Positions 46,157 to 57,177 of a stretch of DNA of 64,000 nt are shown here, in pieces. The notes beneath the pieces are model-generated. The model made no database searches and was not told the DNA's origin. It saw nothing but the letters and a program-made list of their open reading frames with translations. The DNA lies in the NCBI GenBank assembly GCA_017937305.1, contig JAGBDV010000020.1:57309-121308 (forward strand), in the 5' to 3' direction. The DNA comes from Bacilli bacterium (GTDB lineage: Bacteria; Bacillota_I; Bacilli_A; ML615J-28; CAG-313). Numbering within the stretch: the first letter of the stretch is position 1; every line of letters starts with the position of its first letter. The position numbers and the translations under genes were made by a program.

Positions 46157-47020
46157 ATGAAGAACTTATTTACTTTAGATGAACTTACTAATCAAGAAAT
46201 TATGGATATTCTTAATGATGCTATTGCTTTTAGTAATGGTAAAGATTTTTCACTTTCTGGTAAAATTGTTGCTAATTTATTTTTTGAACCTTCAACAAGG
46301 ACGGAGTATTCCTTTGTTATGGCGGAACATCTTCTTAATATGAAGCCAATTTCGTTTAACAAAGCATCTTCGTCTTTTTCTAATAAAGGGGAGACTTTTG
46401 AAGATACAGTTAAATGTTTTGAAGCATTTGGAGTAGATGCATTTGTTATTAGACATTCAGAAAATGAATATTATAAAAATCTTAACTTAAGTGTTCCACT
46501 TCTTAATGCAGGAGATGGTACTCATGCACATCCTACACAATGTTTACTTGATTTACTTACTATTTATCAAGAATTTGGATCATTTGAAGGACTAAAGGTT
46601 TGTTTTGTAGGCGACATTAAGTTCTCAAGAGTTGCTCATGAAGGAATTAAAACAATGGAACGTCTTGGAATGGAATGTTTTGTAAGTGGACCTAACATTT
46701 ATATGGAAGATGATTATAAGTTTGTTGAACTTGATGATGCAGTAAAAATGATGGATGTAATAGTATTACTACGTGTTCAAAATGAACGTCATAGTGATAA
46801 AGATCATGTAGAAAAGTCTTCATATTTAAGTTTATATGGAATGACTAAAGAACGCGCTCTTTCAATGAAAGAAGGTGCAATCATTATGCACCCTGCTCCA
46901 TTTAATCGTGGTATTGAAATTGAAGATGCTGTTTTAGATCTTCCACAATGTCGTATTTTTAAACAAATGAAAAACGGGGTGTTTGTACGTCAAGCAGTCC
47001 TAAAAAGGAGTTTTGAATAA
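46157..47020 (+). CDS. pyrB: Aspartate carbamoyltransferase catalytic subunit.
   Basis: STRTE, HPTQ and HPAP motifs. Confidence 0.9.
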   Translation: MKNLFTLDELTNQEIMDILNDAIAFSNGKDFSLSGKIVANLFFEPSTRTEYSFVMAEHLLNMKPISFNKASSSFSNKGETFEDTVKCFEAFGVDAFVIRHSENEYYKNLNLSVPLLNAGDGTHAHPTQCLLDLLTIYQEFGSFEGLKVCFVGDIKFSRVAHEGIKTMERLGMECFVSGPNIYMEDDYKFVELDDAVKMMDVIVLLRVQNERHSDKDHVEKSSYLSLYGMTKERALSMKEGAIIMHPAPFNRGIEIEDAVLDLPQCRIFKQMKNGVFVRQAVLKRSFE

Positions 47021-48267
47021 TGCTTTATACTTTAAAGGGTGGTTATGTATACACTAATAAACAAATTGTAAAAACTAATGTTATTGTAAATGATGGTAAA
47101 ATTATTGAAATTAGTGATAATGTTTTAGGTAATGTAATTGATGTTACAGGTTTATACGTAGCACCTAGTTTCATAGATCCACATGTTCACATGCGTGAAC
47201 CAGGATTTTGTGAATCTGAAACTATTAAAACAGGATCACTTGCAGCAGCGCGTGGTGGGTATACTAAAGTATTTTTAATGCCTAATACTAATCCTGTTAT
47301 TTCAAGTATTGAAGCTTATCAAAATTTATTAGAAATTATTAAAAAAGATTCAATTATTGAATGTTTTCCACTTGTGTCAATTACTAAAGATGAACAAGGA
47401 GTTGAACTTGTTGATTTTGAAAAGTTTGATGCTGTTGGTTTTTCTGATGATGGAAAACCAGTTAGTAATTCATATCTTGTTTATCAAGCAATGCTGAAAC
47501 TTAAAAGTTTAAATAAACCAATGTTATGCCATTGTGAAGATTTAGACTTAGTACATAAGGGTACATTTAATAATTCAGTTAAACAAGAAAATAGTCTTGC
47601 TTTACCTAATCTTGATATTTCAGAAACTACTAATGTTGCAAGAGATTTAGTTATTGCAGCTAAAACAGGATGTCAGTATCATGTATGTCATTTAGCTACT
47701 AAAGAATCTCTTGACTTAATTAGATTCTATAAATCAATTGGTTGTAATTGTACATGTGAGGCTACACCTCATCATATAGTTTTGAATGATGAAATGATAG
47801 AAATTACACCAGATTTTAAAATGAATCCTCCAATTAGGGGTAAGAAAGATCAAGATGCATTAATTATGGGGATTATAAATGGTGATGTAGATATGATTTC
47901 TACAGATCATGCTCCTCATAGTATTGAAAAGAAGAATAAAGAAATTAATTCTTCAGCATATGGTATTGTTGGCCTTGAGACATCGTTTCCATTACTATAT
48001 ACTAAATTAGTAAGAAGTGGATTAATAAAAGTTGAAAAATTATTTGATTTAATGAGTTATAATGTTGCTGAAACATTTAATCTTGATAATCATGAAATAT
48101 GTGTTGGTAATCATTTATCAGCAGTTGTTCTAGATTTAGATTGCGAATTTACGATTGATAAAAATAGTTTTAAATCTAAATCTAATAATACTCCATTTGA
48201 TGGATGGAAGTGTTATGGAAAAGTATTAAAAACAATATGTAAAGGAGAAATAGTCTATGAAGCCTAA
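47020..48267 (+). CDS. pyrC: Dihydroorotase.
   Basis: PSFIDPHVHMREPG metal-binding motif. Position between pyrB and carA. Confidence 0.9.
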   Translation: MLYTLKGGYVYTNKQIVKTNVIVNDGKIIEISDNVLGNVIDVTGLYVAPSFIDPHVHMREPGFCESETIKTGSLAAARGGYTKVFLMPNTNPVISSIEAYQNLLEIIKKDSIIECFPLVSITKDEQGVELVDFEKFDAVGFSDDGKPVSNSYLVYQAMLKLKSLNKPMLCHCEDLDLVHKGTFNNSVKQENSLALPNLDISETTNVARDLVIAAKTGCQYHVCHLATKESLDLIRFYKSIGCNCTCEATPHHIVLNDEMIEITPDFKMNPPIRGKKDQDALIMGIINGDVDMISTDHAPHSIEKKNKEINSSAYGIVGLETSFPLLYTKLVRSGLIKVEKLFDLMSYNVAETFNLDNHEICVGNHLSAVVLDLDCEFTIDKNSFKSKSNNTPFDGWKCYGKVLKTICKGEIVYEA

Positions 48268-49348
48268 AAAGTTAGTATTACAAAATGGAAAAGAATTTAT
48301 AGGTTTAGGAAGTGGCGATGAAAAAGTAGCAGAAGTGGTATTCCATACTGGGATGATTGGTTATTTAGATATTGTTAGTAACCCATACTATGCTGGTAAG
48401 TTTGTATGTATGACATATCCTTTAATTGGTAATTATGGTGCAAGTGATGATGAATTTGGATCAAAAGATTATCATGTTGAAGGTTTTATTGTTAAAGATA
48501 CTGATTTTATCTCTTCTAATATGCGCTATTTAGATTCAATGGATGATTTCTCTATTGCAAATGATTTACCTATTTTATGTGGTATTGATACAAGAATGCT
48601 TGCTAAAGTTATTCGTGATGAAGGTAGTATGAAAGGTATTATTACTGATGTTGATACACCTATTGAAGAAGCATTATTAAAAATTAATGCATATACCCCT
48701 ATTAAAGGAATGGTAAAAAAATTAAGCACTAAACGTCCTAATATGGTTAAAGCAAATAAACCTAAATATACAGTTGTATGCTTAGATTTAGGATGTAAAA
48801 ATAATATTATTAGTGAACTTACTAATAGAAAATGTAATGTTGTAGTATTACCATATAATACTGATGCATCTAAGATTTTATCTTATCATCCTAATGCCAT
48901 TATTGTATCTAATGGTCCAGATGAACCTTCTGAATTAGAAGTTGTAGTTAACAATTTAAAACAACTTATTGGTCGTCTTCCTATTGCAGGGATTGGACTT
49001 GGTCATTTATTAGTTGCAAAAGCAAGTGGTGCTAAAATTAAGAAAATGAAATTTGGTCATCATGGTGCTAATCAATCTGTTAAAAATTTAGTTAATAAAA
49101 AGATAATTATTACTTTACAAGGTCATAATTATGAAGTAGATAGAGAATCACTTATTAATACTTCATTAAATGTTACACTTGAAAATTTAAGTGACTTATC
49201 AATTGAAGGTGTTTCAAGTAGTGAATTATTAGTTGTTACATCAGCATTTGATGCATTTGAAGCAAGTGCTGCGCCTATAGTTAAAACAATTTATGATGAA
49301 TTAATTGATTTAATTAAATCTTCAAAAGGAGGATCAAATAATGCCTAA
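48257..49348 (+). CDS. carA: Carbamoyl-phosphate synthase small subunit homolog with glutaminase catalytic Cys and His replaced (GIGLGH instead of GICLGHQ; DAFEAS instead of QGHPEAS).
   Basis: N-terminal CPSase small-chain domain is conserved. The GATase domain has [32 protein letters not shown], where E. coli has [32 protein letters not shown]. Confidence 0.85.
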   Translation: [363 protein letters not shown]

Positions 49349-52300
49349 ACGTACTGATATTCATAAAATATTAATTATTGGTTCTGGTCCGATTGTAATT
49401 GGTCAAGCAGCTGAATTTGACTATGCTGGTACTCAAGCTTGTCTTGCGTTAAAAGAAGAAGGTTATGAAGTTGTATTAATTAATTCAAATCCTGCAACTA
49501 TTATGACAGATAAACTAGTTGCTGATAAAGTTTATATGGAACCTCTTGATTTAGAGTTTACATCAAGAATTATTCGTTATGAAAGACCTGATGCAATTTT
49601 ATGTGCACTTGGTGGTCAAACTGGTCTTAATCTTTGTGTAAGTCTATCTAAAAAAGGCGTTTTAGAAGAATGCGGTGTAAAAGTATTAGGTACTTCTATT
49701 CAAGCTATTGAAGAAGCTGAAGATAGAGAAAAGTTTAAAAATCTTTGTCAAAGAATTGGTGAACCAATTATAGAATCAGATATTGCAAATACAGCAACAC
49801 AAGCTTTAGAAATTGCTGATAGAATTGGTTATCCAATTGTTGTTAGACCAGCATTTACACTTGGTGGTACTGGGGGAGGTTTTGCAAATAATGAAGCAGA
49901 ACTTACTGATTTAGCAGATTATGCATTAAGTTTATCTCCAGTTAATCAAATTTTAATTGAAAAAAGTGTTAAAGGATATAAAGAAATTGAATTTGAAGTT
50001 ATGCGTGATGGTAACGATACTGCAATTTGTATTTGTAGTATGGAAAACATTGACCCTGTAGGCGTTCATACAGGGGATTCAATGGTTGTTGCACCATGTC
50101 AAACTCTTACAACTAAAGAATTTAGTATGCTTAAGAATGCTTCTATTAAGATTATTAGAGCTCTTGGTATAAAAGGTGGTTGTAATGTTCAATTTGCATT
50201 AGATCCTGAATCATATGATTATTATGTTATTGAAGTAAATCCTCGTGTAAGTAGATCTAGTGCACTTGCATCAAAGGCAAGTGGATTCCCTATCGCTAGA
50301 GTTACTGCAAAAATTGCATGTGGACTTAACTTAGAAGAAATTGAAATTGCTTCAGGTCAAGCTGCATTTGAACCTACACTTGATTATGTAGTATGTAAAT
50401 TTGCAAGATTCCCATTTGATAAATTCAATGATGTTGCTAAAACATTATCAACACAAATGAAAGCAACAGGTGAAGTAATGAGTTTAGGTCGTACTTTTGA
50501 AGAAGCATTCTTAAAAGGTATTAGATCACTTGAAACTAAAGTTGATCATTTATATATGGAAAAGTTTAATAATGCAGAAACAAGTGATTTATTAAAACAA
50601 ATTGAAGTTCCAACTGATGAAAGAGTCTTCATGATTGCAGAACTATTAAGAAGAGATGTAACATGTGAAGAAATTTATGAAGCTACAAAGATTGATTTAT
50701 TCTTCTTAAGAAAAATAGAAAATATTATTTTATTTGAAAAAGAATTAAAAGAAGATCATGGTTTAGAAAACTTTATTAAAGCTAAAAAATTAGGTTTTTC
50801 AGATCAATATTTAGCTAAAATTATGAATATGTCTGAACTTGATGTTTATAAGTACCGAAAAGAAAATAATATCTATCCGGTATTTAAAATGATTGATACA
50901 TGTGCTGCTGAACTTGATACTTATACTCCTTACTTTTATTCAACATATGATACTGAAAATGAATCAGTAGTTTCTGATAAAGAAAAGATTATTGTTTTAG
51001 GATCAGGTCCAATTAGAATTGGTCAAGGTGTTGAATTTGACTATTCTACAGTTCACGCTATTTGGGCAATTAAAGAAAAAGGCTACGAAGCTATTGTTAT
51101 TAATAATAACCCTGAAACAGTTTCTACTGACTATTTAGTTACCGATAAATTATATTTTGAACCTTTAACAGTTGAAGATATAATGAATATCATCGATTTA
51201 GAAAAACCGAAAGGTGTTATCGTGTCTTTAGGTGGTCAAACTGCAATTAATCTTGCAGAAAGATTAGACACACTAGGTGTTCCAATTATTGGTACTGACT
51301 GCGAAGCTATTGCAAAAGCAGAAAATAGAAAATTATTTGAAGCATTAATGCATGAATTAGATATCCCTGAACCAGAAGGTAAAACTGTATTTAATCTTGA
51401 AGATGGTTTAGCTGCTGCTCATAAAATTACTTATCCTGTACTTGTTCGTCCTTCATATGTTCTTGGTGGACGTGCAATGGAAATTGTTTATGATGATGGT
51501 CATTTAGAAAAATATTTAAATAAAGCATTTGCACTAGACCCTAATCAACCTGTATTAATTGACAAATATGTAATTGGACGTGAAATTGAAGTTGATGCAA
51601 TTTGCGATGGTGAAGATGTATTTATGCCTGGTATCATGCAACATATTGAAGGAACTGGTATTCACTCAGGAGATTCAATTAGTGTATATCCTGCATATAG
51701 CTTATCTAAAAAAGTTGAAGAAACAATTAAAGATTATACTAGACGTTTAGGTCTTGCAATAGGTATTAAAGGTTTATTTAATATTCAATATATTGTTGAT
51801 TCAAATGATTTTGTTTATATTATTGAAGTAAATCCAAGATCAAGCCGTACAATTCCATATCTATCTAAATCTAGTAAGATTAATCTTGCAAAAATTGCAA
51901 CATTTGTAATGCTAGGTGAAAAACTAAAAGATATGAATTTAACTGAACCTACACCTAATATGTATTATGTTAAAGTCCCATGTTTCTCATTCTCTAAAAT
52001 TAGAGGATTAGATACAGTACTTTCTCCTGAAATGAAATCAACTGGTGAAGCTATTGGTTATGACCAATCGCTTAATCGTGCTTTATATAAAGCTTTAAAA
52101 GCTGCAAATATGAGAGTTATTAATTATGGTACTGTTTTTGTAACTTTATCTGATCAAACTAAAGAAGAAGCTCTTCCTTTAATTAGAAGATTCTACAATT
52201 TAGGATTTAATATTGAAGCTACTAAAGGAACTGGTAAGTTCTTAAAAGAACATGGAATTAAAACAAGAATTAAAAAGAAAATATCAGAAGGTAGTGAAGA

Positions 52301-52496
52301 AATCTTAGATTCATTAAGAAAAGGACATGTTTCTTATGTAATTAATACTGTTGGTCATGTTAGAACAAATAATGATGGTTTCTTAATTAGAAGAGTAGCT
52401 GCAGAAAATAATATTACATGTTTTACTAGTCTTGATACATTAAAAGCATTACTTGATGTTCTTGATGAAATCACAATTAAGGTAGGTACAATTTAA
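49341..52496 (+). CDS. carB: Carbamoyl-phosphate synthase large subunit.
   Basis: 1051 aa with two ATP-grasp halves (IIGSGPIVIGQAAEFDY... and IVLGSGPIRIGQGVEFDY...) and a C-terminal MGS-like domain. Confidence 0.95.
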   Translation: MPKRTDIHKILIIGSGPIVIGQAAEFDYAGTQACLALKEEGYEVVLINSNPATIMTDKLVADKVYMEPLDLEFTSRIIRYERPDAILCALGGQTGLNLCVSLSKKGVLEECGVKVLGTSIQAIEEAEDREKFKNLCQRIGEPIIESDIANTATQALEIADRIGYPIVVRPAFTLGGTGGGFANNEAELTDLADYALSLSPVNQILIEKSVKGYKEIEFEVMRDGNDTAICICSMENIDPVGVHTGDSMVVAPCQTLTTKEFSMLKNASIKIIRALGIKGGCNVQFALDPESYDYYVIEVNPRVSRSSALASKASGFPIARVTAKIACGLNLEEIEIASGQAAFEPTLDYVVCKFARFPFDKFNDVAKTLSTQMKATGEVMSLGRTFEEAFLKGIRSLETKVDHLYMEKFNNAETSDLLKQIEVPTDERVFMIAELLRRDVTCEEIYEATKIDLFFLRKIENIILFEKELKEDHGLENFIKAKKLGFSDQYLAKIMNMSELDVYKYRKENNIYPVFKMIDTCAAELDTYTPYFYSTYDTENESVVSDKEKIIVLGSGPIRIGQGVEFDYSTVHAIWAIKEKGYEAIVINNNPETVSTDYLVTDKLYFEPLTVEDIMNIIDLEKPKGVIVSLGGQTAINLAERLDTLGVPIIGTDCEAIAKAENRKLFEALMHELDIPEPEGKTVFNLEDGLAAAHKITYPVLVRPSYVLGGRAMEIVYDDGHLEKYLNKAFALDPNQPVLIDKYVIGREIEVDAICDGEDVFMPGIMQHIEGTGIHSGDSISVYPAYSLSKKVEETIKDYTRRLGLAIGIKGLFNIQYIVDSNDFVYIIEVNPRSSRTIPYLSKSSKINLAKIATFVMLGEKLKDMNLTEPTPNMYYVKVPCFSFSKIRGLDTVLSPEMKSTGEAIGYDQSLNRALYKALKAANMRVINYGTVFVTLSDQTKEEALPLIRRFYNLGFNIEATKGTGKFLKEHGIKTRIKKKISEGSEEILDSLRKGHVSYVINTVGHVRTNNDGFLIRRVAAENNITCFTSLDTLKALLDVLDEITIKVGTI

Positions 52497-53239
52497 TGGT
52501 AAAAGAGAATTTAAAAGTAATTTATAATAAACAAATTGCTCTTGATACATTTGAAATGAAATTAGAAACTCTTAATATGGCATCTTTTGCAAAACCAGGA
52601 ATGTTTATTAATATTTCATTAAATGATGCATCTAAATTATTAAAAAGACCTATTTCGATTTGTCAAATTGATAATAATCATTTAATCATTACTTATAAAA
52701 TTAATGGTGAAGGAACTAAAATTTTATCAACTTATCAAAGTGGAACATCTTTAGAAGCTATTGGACCACTTGGTAATGGATTTACTTTAGTTGAAAATAA
52801 AAAAACACTAGTAGTTGGTGGAGGAATTGGTGTTCCACCACTACTAGAGCTATCTAGAAATCTAAAGAAATTAGGTAATGAATTAGTAATTATTCTTGCA
52901 TTTAGAAATAAAGAAGCAATGATTTATTTAGATGAATTTAAAAAGCTAGGTGAAGTAGCAGTAACTACTGATGATGGATCATTTGGATTTAAAGGTAATG
53001 CACTTGATTATTTACATAATAATAATATTGAATTTGATACATTATATAGTTGTGGCCCTGAAATTCTTTTAAAGAAATTAGAAGAAAAATATCAAGGATT
53101 TGAAGGTTATCTATCTTATGAAGCAAGAATGGCATGTGGTGTGGGCCTTTGTCATGGGTGTGTAAAGGGTGAAAAACATTACTGTGTATGTACAGATGGA
53201 CCTGTATTTAAGTTAGGAGTTATCTATGGCGAATGTTAG
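52496..53239 (+). CDS. pyrK: Dihydroorotate dehydrogenase electron-transfer subunit (FAD/2Fe-2S).
   Basis: FNR-like fold and C-terminal [10 protein letters not shown]...C cluster. Confidence 0.85.
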   Translation: MVKENLKVIYNKQIALDTFEMKLETLNMASFAKPGMFINISLNDASKLLKRPISICQIDNNHLIITYKINGEGTKILSTYQSGTSLEAIGPLGNGFTLVENKKTLVVGGGIGVPPLLELSRNLKKLGNELVIILAFRNKEAMIYLDEFKKLGEVAVTTDDGSFGFKGNALDYLHNNNIEFDTLYSCGPEILLKKLEEKYQGFEGYLSYEARMACGVGLCHGCVKGEKHYCVCTDGPVFKLGVIYGEC

Positions 53240-54140
53240 AGTAAAATTACCAGGTCTTGATTTAAAAAATCCTATTATTCCAGCTAGTGGAACTGCAGGA
53301 TTTGGTGAAGAACTTGCTAGTATTTATGATTTAAGTGTTCTTGGTGGTATTATGATTAAAGCTACAAGTGTTAATCCAAAAAGAGGAAATAAAACACCAA
53401 GAGTTGCAGAAACATATGGTGGAATGCTTAATTCAATTGGTCTTGAAAATCCTGGCTTAGATGTTGTAATAAATGAAAAGTTACCATTTCTAGCTAAATA
53501 TGATACTTGTGTTATCGCAAATATTTGTGGTGATTCTATTGATGAATATGTAAAAGTAGCATATGAAATTAGTAGAGTAGATAATGTAGCTGCACTAGAA
53601 CTAAATATTAGTTGTCCTAATGTTCATGGTGGAGGGATTCCATTTGGAGCAGATGAAGAAACTGTTTATGAAATTACTAAAAGAGTAAAAGAAGCATCTA
53701 TTAAACCAGTTTATGTAAAACTTAGTCCAAATGTAACTGATATTGTTAAAATGGCAAAAGCAGCTGAACGTGGCGGTGCAGATGGTCTTTCTTTAATTAA
53801 TACACTTCTTGGTATGAGAATAGACTTAAAAACAGGACGTCCTATTTTATATAATAAAAAAGGTGGATTTTCTGGGCCTGCAATTAAACCTGTTGCAATA
53901 AGAATGATTTATGATGTTTATGAAGCAGTAAATATTCCTATTATAGGTATGGGTGGTATTGCAACTGTTGATGATTGTATTGAATTCTTAATGGCTGGTG
54001 CATCGGCACTTGGTGTTGGTACAATGAATTTAGTAAATCCATATATTTGTAAAGAATTAGTAGAAGAACTACCTCTTGCTCTTGCAAAGTATGGTTTTAA
54101 AGATATAAATGAGTGCATTGGTTATGCACATCGAAAATAG
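53226..54140 (+). CDS. pyrD: Dihydroorotate dehydrogenase catalytic subunit (class 1B).
   Basis: [18 protein letters not shown] (catalytic Cys) and GIATVDD blocks. Confidence 0.9.
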   Translation: MANVRVKLPGLDLKNPIIPASGTAGFGEELASIYDLSVLGGIMIKATSVNPKRGNKTPRVAETYGGMLNSIGLENPGLDVVINEKLPFLAKYDTCVIANICGDSIDEYVKVAYEISRVDNVAALELNISCPNVHGGGIPFGADEETVYEITKRVKEASIKPVYVKLSPNVTDIVKMAKAAERGGADGLSLINTLLGMRIDLKTGRPILYNKKGGFSGPAIKPVAIRMIYDVYEAVNIPIIGMGGIATVDDCIEFLMAGASALGVGTMNLVNPYICKELVEELPLALAKYGFKDINECIGYAHRK

Positions 54141-54154
54141 GAGGGAAGATTAAA

Positions 54155-54850
54155 ATGGTTATTATCGCATTAGATTTTAAAGATATGGAAACTTCATTAA
54201 ATTTCTTAGATAAATTTAATGAATCATTATATGTTAAAGTTGGTATGGAATTATTTTATGGTTCAGGACTTGAAATTGTAAAAGAAATAAAAAAACGTGG
54301 ACATAAAATCTTTTTAGATTTAAAACTTCATGATATTCCTAATACTGTTAAAAAAGCTATGACTAATCTTGCAAGACTTGGTGTAGATATTATTAACTTA
54401 CATGCTGCTGGTGGTTCAAAAATGATGGCTGCAGCACTTGAAGGTTTAACTGAAGGTTCAACTGGAAAACGTCCTATTTTAATAGCTGTAACTCAACTTA
54501 CTTCAACATCTAAAGAAATGATGAATACTGAACAACTAATTCCAGGTGAAGTGATTGATTCTGTAGTTAATTATGCAAAAGTTTCAAAAGAATCAGGACT
54601 TGATGGTATTGTATGTTCACCACTTGAAGTAGAAAAAGTAAAAGAAGCTTGTGGTAAAGAATTTGTAACTGTTACACCAGGAATTCGTCTTGCATCTAAT
54701 AATGCTGATGATCAAGTTAGAATTACAACACCAGCAAAAGCTAGAGAAATTGGCTCTGATTATATTGTTGTAGGTCGTCCTATTACACAAGCAGAAAATC
54801 CAGTTGAAGCATATCATTTAATTTTAAAGGAGTTTTTAGGAAATGAGTAG
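54155..54850 (+). CDS. pyrF: Orotidine-5'-phosphate decarboxylase.
   Basis: [18 protein letters not shown] and VVGRPI motifs. ATG 54155 with GGAGGGAAG RBS; the tracked 54113 start is a GTG inside pyrD. Confidence 0.9.
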   Translation: MVIIALDFKDMETSLNFLDKFNESLYVKVGMELFYGSGLEIVKEIKKRGHKIFLDLKLHDIPNTVKKAMTNLARLGVDIINLHAAGGSKMMAAALEGLTEGSTGKRPILIAVTQLTSTSKEMMNTEQLIPGEVIDSVVNYAKVSKESGLDGIVCSPLEVEKVKEACGKEFVTVTPGIRLASNNADDQVRITTPAKAREIGSDYIVVGRPITQAENPVEAYHLILKEFLGNE

Positions 54851-55463
54851 TGTAGAAAAGAATTTACTTAAGATTAAAGCAGTATTTTTAAGTCCTAAAG
54901 CACCATTTACATGGGCTAGTGGAATTAAATCTCCAATTTACTGTGACAATAGATTAGTTTTATCATATCCAGAAGTAAGATGTGAAATTGAACATGCATT
55001 AGCAGATTTAGTAAAAGAAAAATTCCCAGAATGTGAAATTTTAATGGGTACTGCAACAGCAGGTATTCCTCATGCTGCATATGTTTCAGAATATTTAGGT
55101 CTTCCTATGGGGTATGTAAGAAGTGGAAATAAAGATCATGGTCGTCAAAATAAAATTGAAGGGCACTATGAAAAAGGTGATAAAGTAGTAGTAGTTGAAG
55201 ATTTAATCTCTACTGGTAAATCAAGTATTGAAGTAGTTAACTCTTTAATTGAAGCAGGTGTAGAAGTAATTGGTTGTGTTGCAATCTTCTCATATGGTTT
55301 TGATGAAGCACAAAGTGCATTTGACCAAGTAAATGTTCCATATTATTCACTTGCTAACTTTAATAATCTAGTTAAAGTAGCAGTAGAAGAAGGTTACATC
55401 GAACAAGAAGATCTAGAAGATGTATTAGAATGGAGAAAATCTCCACGTACTTGGAGAGCATAA
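54843..55463 (+). CDS. pyrE: Orotate phosphoribosyltransferase.
   Basis: PRPP-binding motif [13 protein letters not shown]. Confidence 0.9.
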   Translation: MSSVEKNLLKIKAVFLSPKAPFTWASGIKSPIYCDNRLVLSYPEVRCEIEHALADLVKEKFPECEILMGTATAGIPHAAYVSEYLGLPMGYVRSGNKDHGRQNKIEGHYEKGDKVVVVEDLISTGKSSIEVVNSLIEAGVEVIGCVAIFSYGFDEAQSAFDQVNVPYYSLANFNNLVKVAVEEGYIEQEDLEDVLEWRKSPRTWRA

Positions 55464-55466
55464 TAA

Positions 55467-55509
55467 TAAAAAAAATTAAGTTCTAACTTACGTTAGAACT
55501 TATTTTTTT
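55467..55509. terminator. Bidirectional terminator between pyrE and the convergent DedA-like gene.
   Basis: A-run, then aagttctaac-ttac-gttagaactt, then T-run. Confidence 0.8.
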
Positions 55510-56257
55510 ATTTTAAATAGTTTTTTTAACCAATTACCAATTCTATTATATAAATTAACAAACCATTCTTGGATTTGATCTGCAAATTTATAAGAAATTA
55601 TAAATGCAATAATACCAAGTACTGATAATCCAGCAATTACTGCTATTCCCCATCCGTGTAGAGGAATTAGATTTCCACCATATACTAAAATTGTACAACC
55701 AATTGAAGTAATTCTAGTAAATATTTGAATAATACTAAATGTTTTAAATTTAATTTTAGAAATCCCTGCTACACTACAAAGTAAGTCATCTGGGAAAAAT
55801 GGGAATAAGAACATAAAGAATAATAGTACAGTTTCTCTACCTTTAATTTTTTCAAGGTATTCATCAACTTTTTCTTTATCTCCTGCAACCCAGTATACAA
55901 ACTTTTTACCAAGGATTCTACCTAGATAAAATCCAAGTGATCCTCCTAAGAACATTCCAATTAAAGAGTAGAAGAATGCTTCTAAGGGTTCAAATATTAG
56001 TGTGCCAGCAAGTATTGTAACCATTCCAGGAATTGGAATAAATGTTACTTGTAGGAATGATACTGCTATATACGCAAGAGGTGCCCAAATTCCTGCTTGA
56101 CTAACGATATCTCTAATTTCTTCTTTAGAAATATCTGTAAGGCCTAATGCTTTAAATAAAAAGTATAATCCGATAACTACTGCAATTAATATAATACCAG
56201 AAATTACAAGTTTTAGAATTGATTTTTTTGCTTCTTGACTAAGAGGTTTGATAATAT
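55500..56257 (-). CDS. TVP38/TMEM64 (DedA-like) family membrane protein; N-terminus extends upstream of the first ATG with no canonical start.
   Basis: The in-frame upstream translation (KPLSQEAKKSILKLVISGIILIAVVIGLYF...VTFIPIPG) is clearly family-like. Only ATT (56255) or ATC (56252) follow the AAAGGAG RBS (56266-56260). An A7 tract lies at 56223-56229. Confidence 0.6.
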
Positions 56258-56381
56258 CACTCCTTTAAAATTAACCATACATATTATATAATTTTTTTAT
56301 TAACTTTATGTTAATTTTGCACAACAAATTTAACTTTTTTTTAACATTTTATGATATAATATAATAAATGGAGGAAAAACA

Positions 56382-57149
56382 ATGATTGGTAAAAATTTTC
56401 CAAAAGAACATATAATTGGAACTAATAATTTTAGTCATTTATTTATCATTATATGTTTCTTTATTCTTTCAATAGTACTTTCATATAAACTTAGTAAAAA
56501 AGAAGAAAGAATAATAAATAGATATTTAATAATTAGCACAATATACTTAGTAATTACTGAAATTGTTAAAATGACTTATCGCTTTATTAAAGTAGGAACA
56601 TTTAGTCATGTCTTCCCAATGCCTTTTTGTTTCTTATGTATTCCTGCTTTAATAATGTATTTTATTAATAATGATAAAATAAAGTATATTGCACGTGTAT
56701 TTTTATGTAGTGGTAGTTTAATGGGAGGAAGCCTTTATATTTTTATTCCTAATGGATCTATTGATAAATATCCATTATATCATGTAAATGCTATCCATGG
56801 ATTATCATTTCATTTTATAATGGTTGTAATTGGTCTTACATTATTATTTAAAAGAATGTATGTTCCTAAATTAAAAGATTTTAAATACTATTTTATGTTT
56901 ATGGGAACTTTTAGTGTTATTGCGTTAATATGTAATTATTATTCAGGAGGTAACGCGCTTTTCTTTGGTAATGATAGTGGTATTCCTTTTTTAAAAAAAG
57001 TTATTGAAAAATCACATTTATTACATGTAATAATAGTATTTTTAGGTGAAAGTATTTTATTATTCTTTATATTTTATGCGATTTATTCATTAATTATGAA
57101 TATAAGATTAAAATATTTAATAAAAAAAGAAGAATTACAAAAGAGCTAG
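56382..57149 (+). CDS. Polytopic integral membrane protein (YwaF/TIGR02206-like), function unknown.
   Basis: Seven predicted TM helices. No catalytic motif recognised. Confidence 0.4.
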   Translation: MIGKNFPKEHIIGTNNFSHLFIIICFFILSIVLSYKLSKKEERIINRYLIISTIYLVITEIVKMTYRFIKVGTFSHVFPMPFCFLCIPALIMYFINNDKIKYIARVFLCSGSLMGGSLYIFIPNGSIDKYPLYHVNAIHGLSFHFIMVVIGLTLLFKRMYVPKLKDFKYYFMFMGTFSVIALICNYYSGGNALFFGNDSGIPFLKKVIEKSHLLHVIIVFLGESILLFFIFYAIYSLIMNIRLKYLIKKEELQKS

Positions 57150-57177
57150 AATTCAAATTTTTGAATTCTAGCTCTTA
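57141..57177. terminator. Bidirectional terminator (17-bp palindrome around an EcoRI-like core).
   Basis: aagagctagaattcaaa-ttt-ttgaattctagctctt. Confidence 0.8.
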
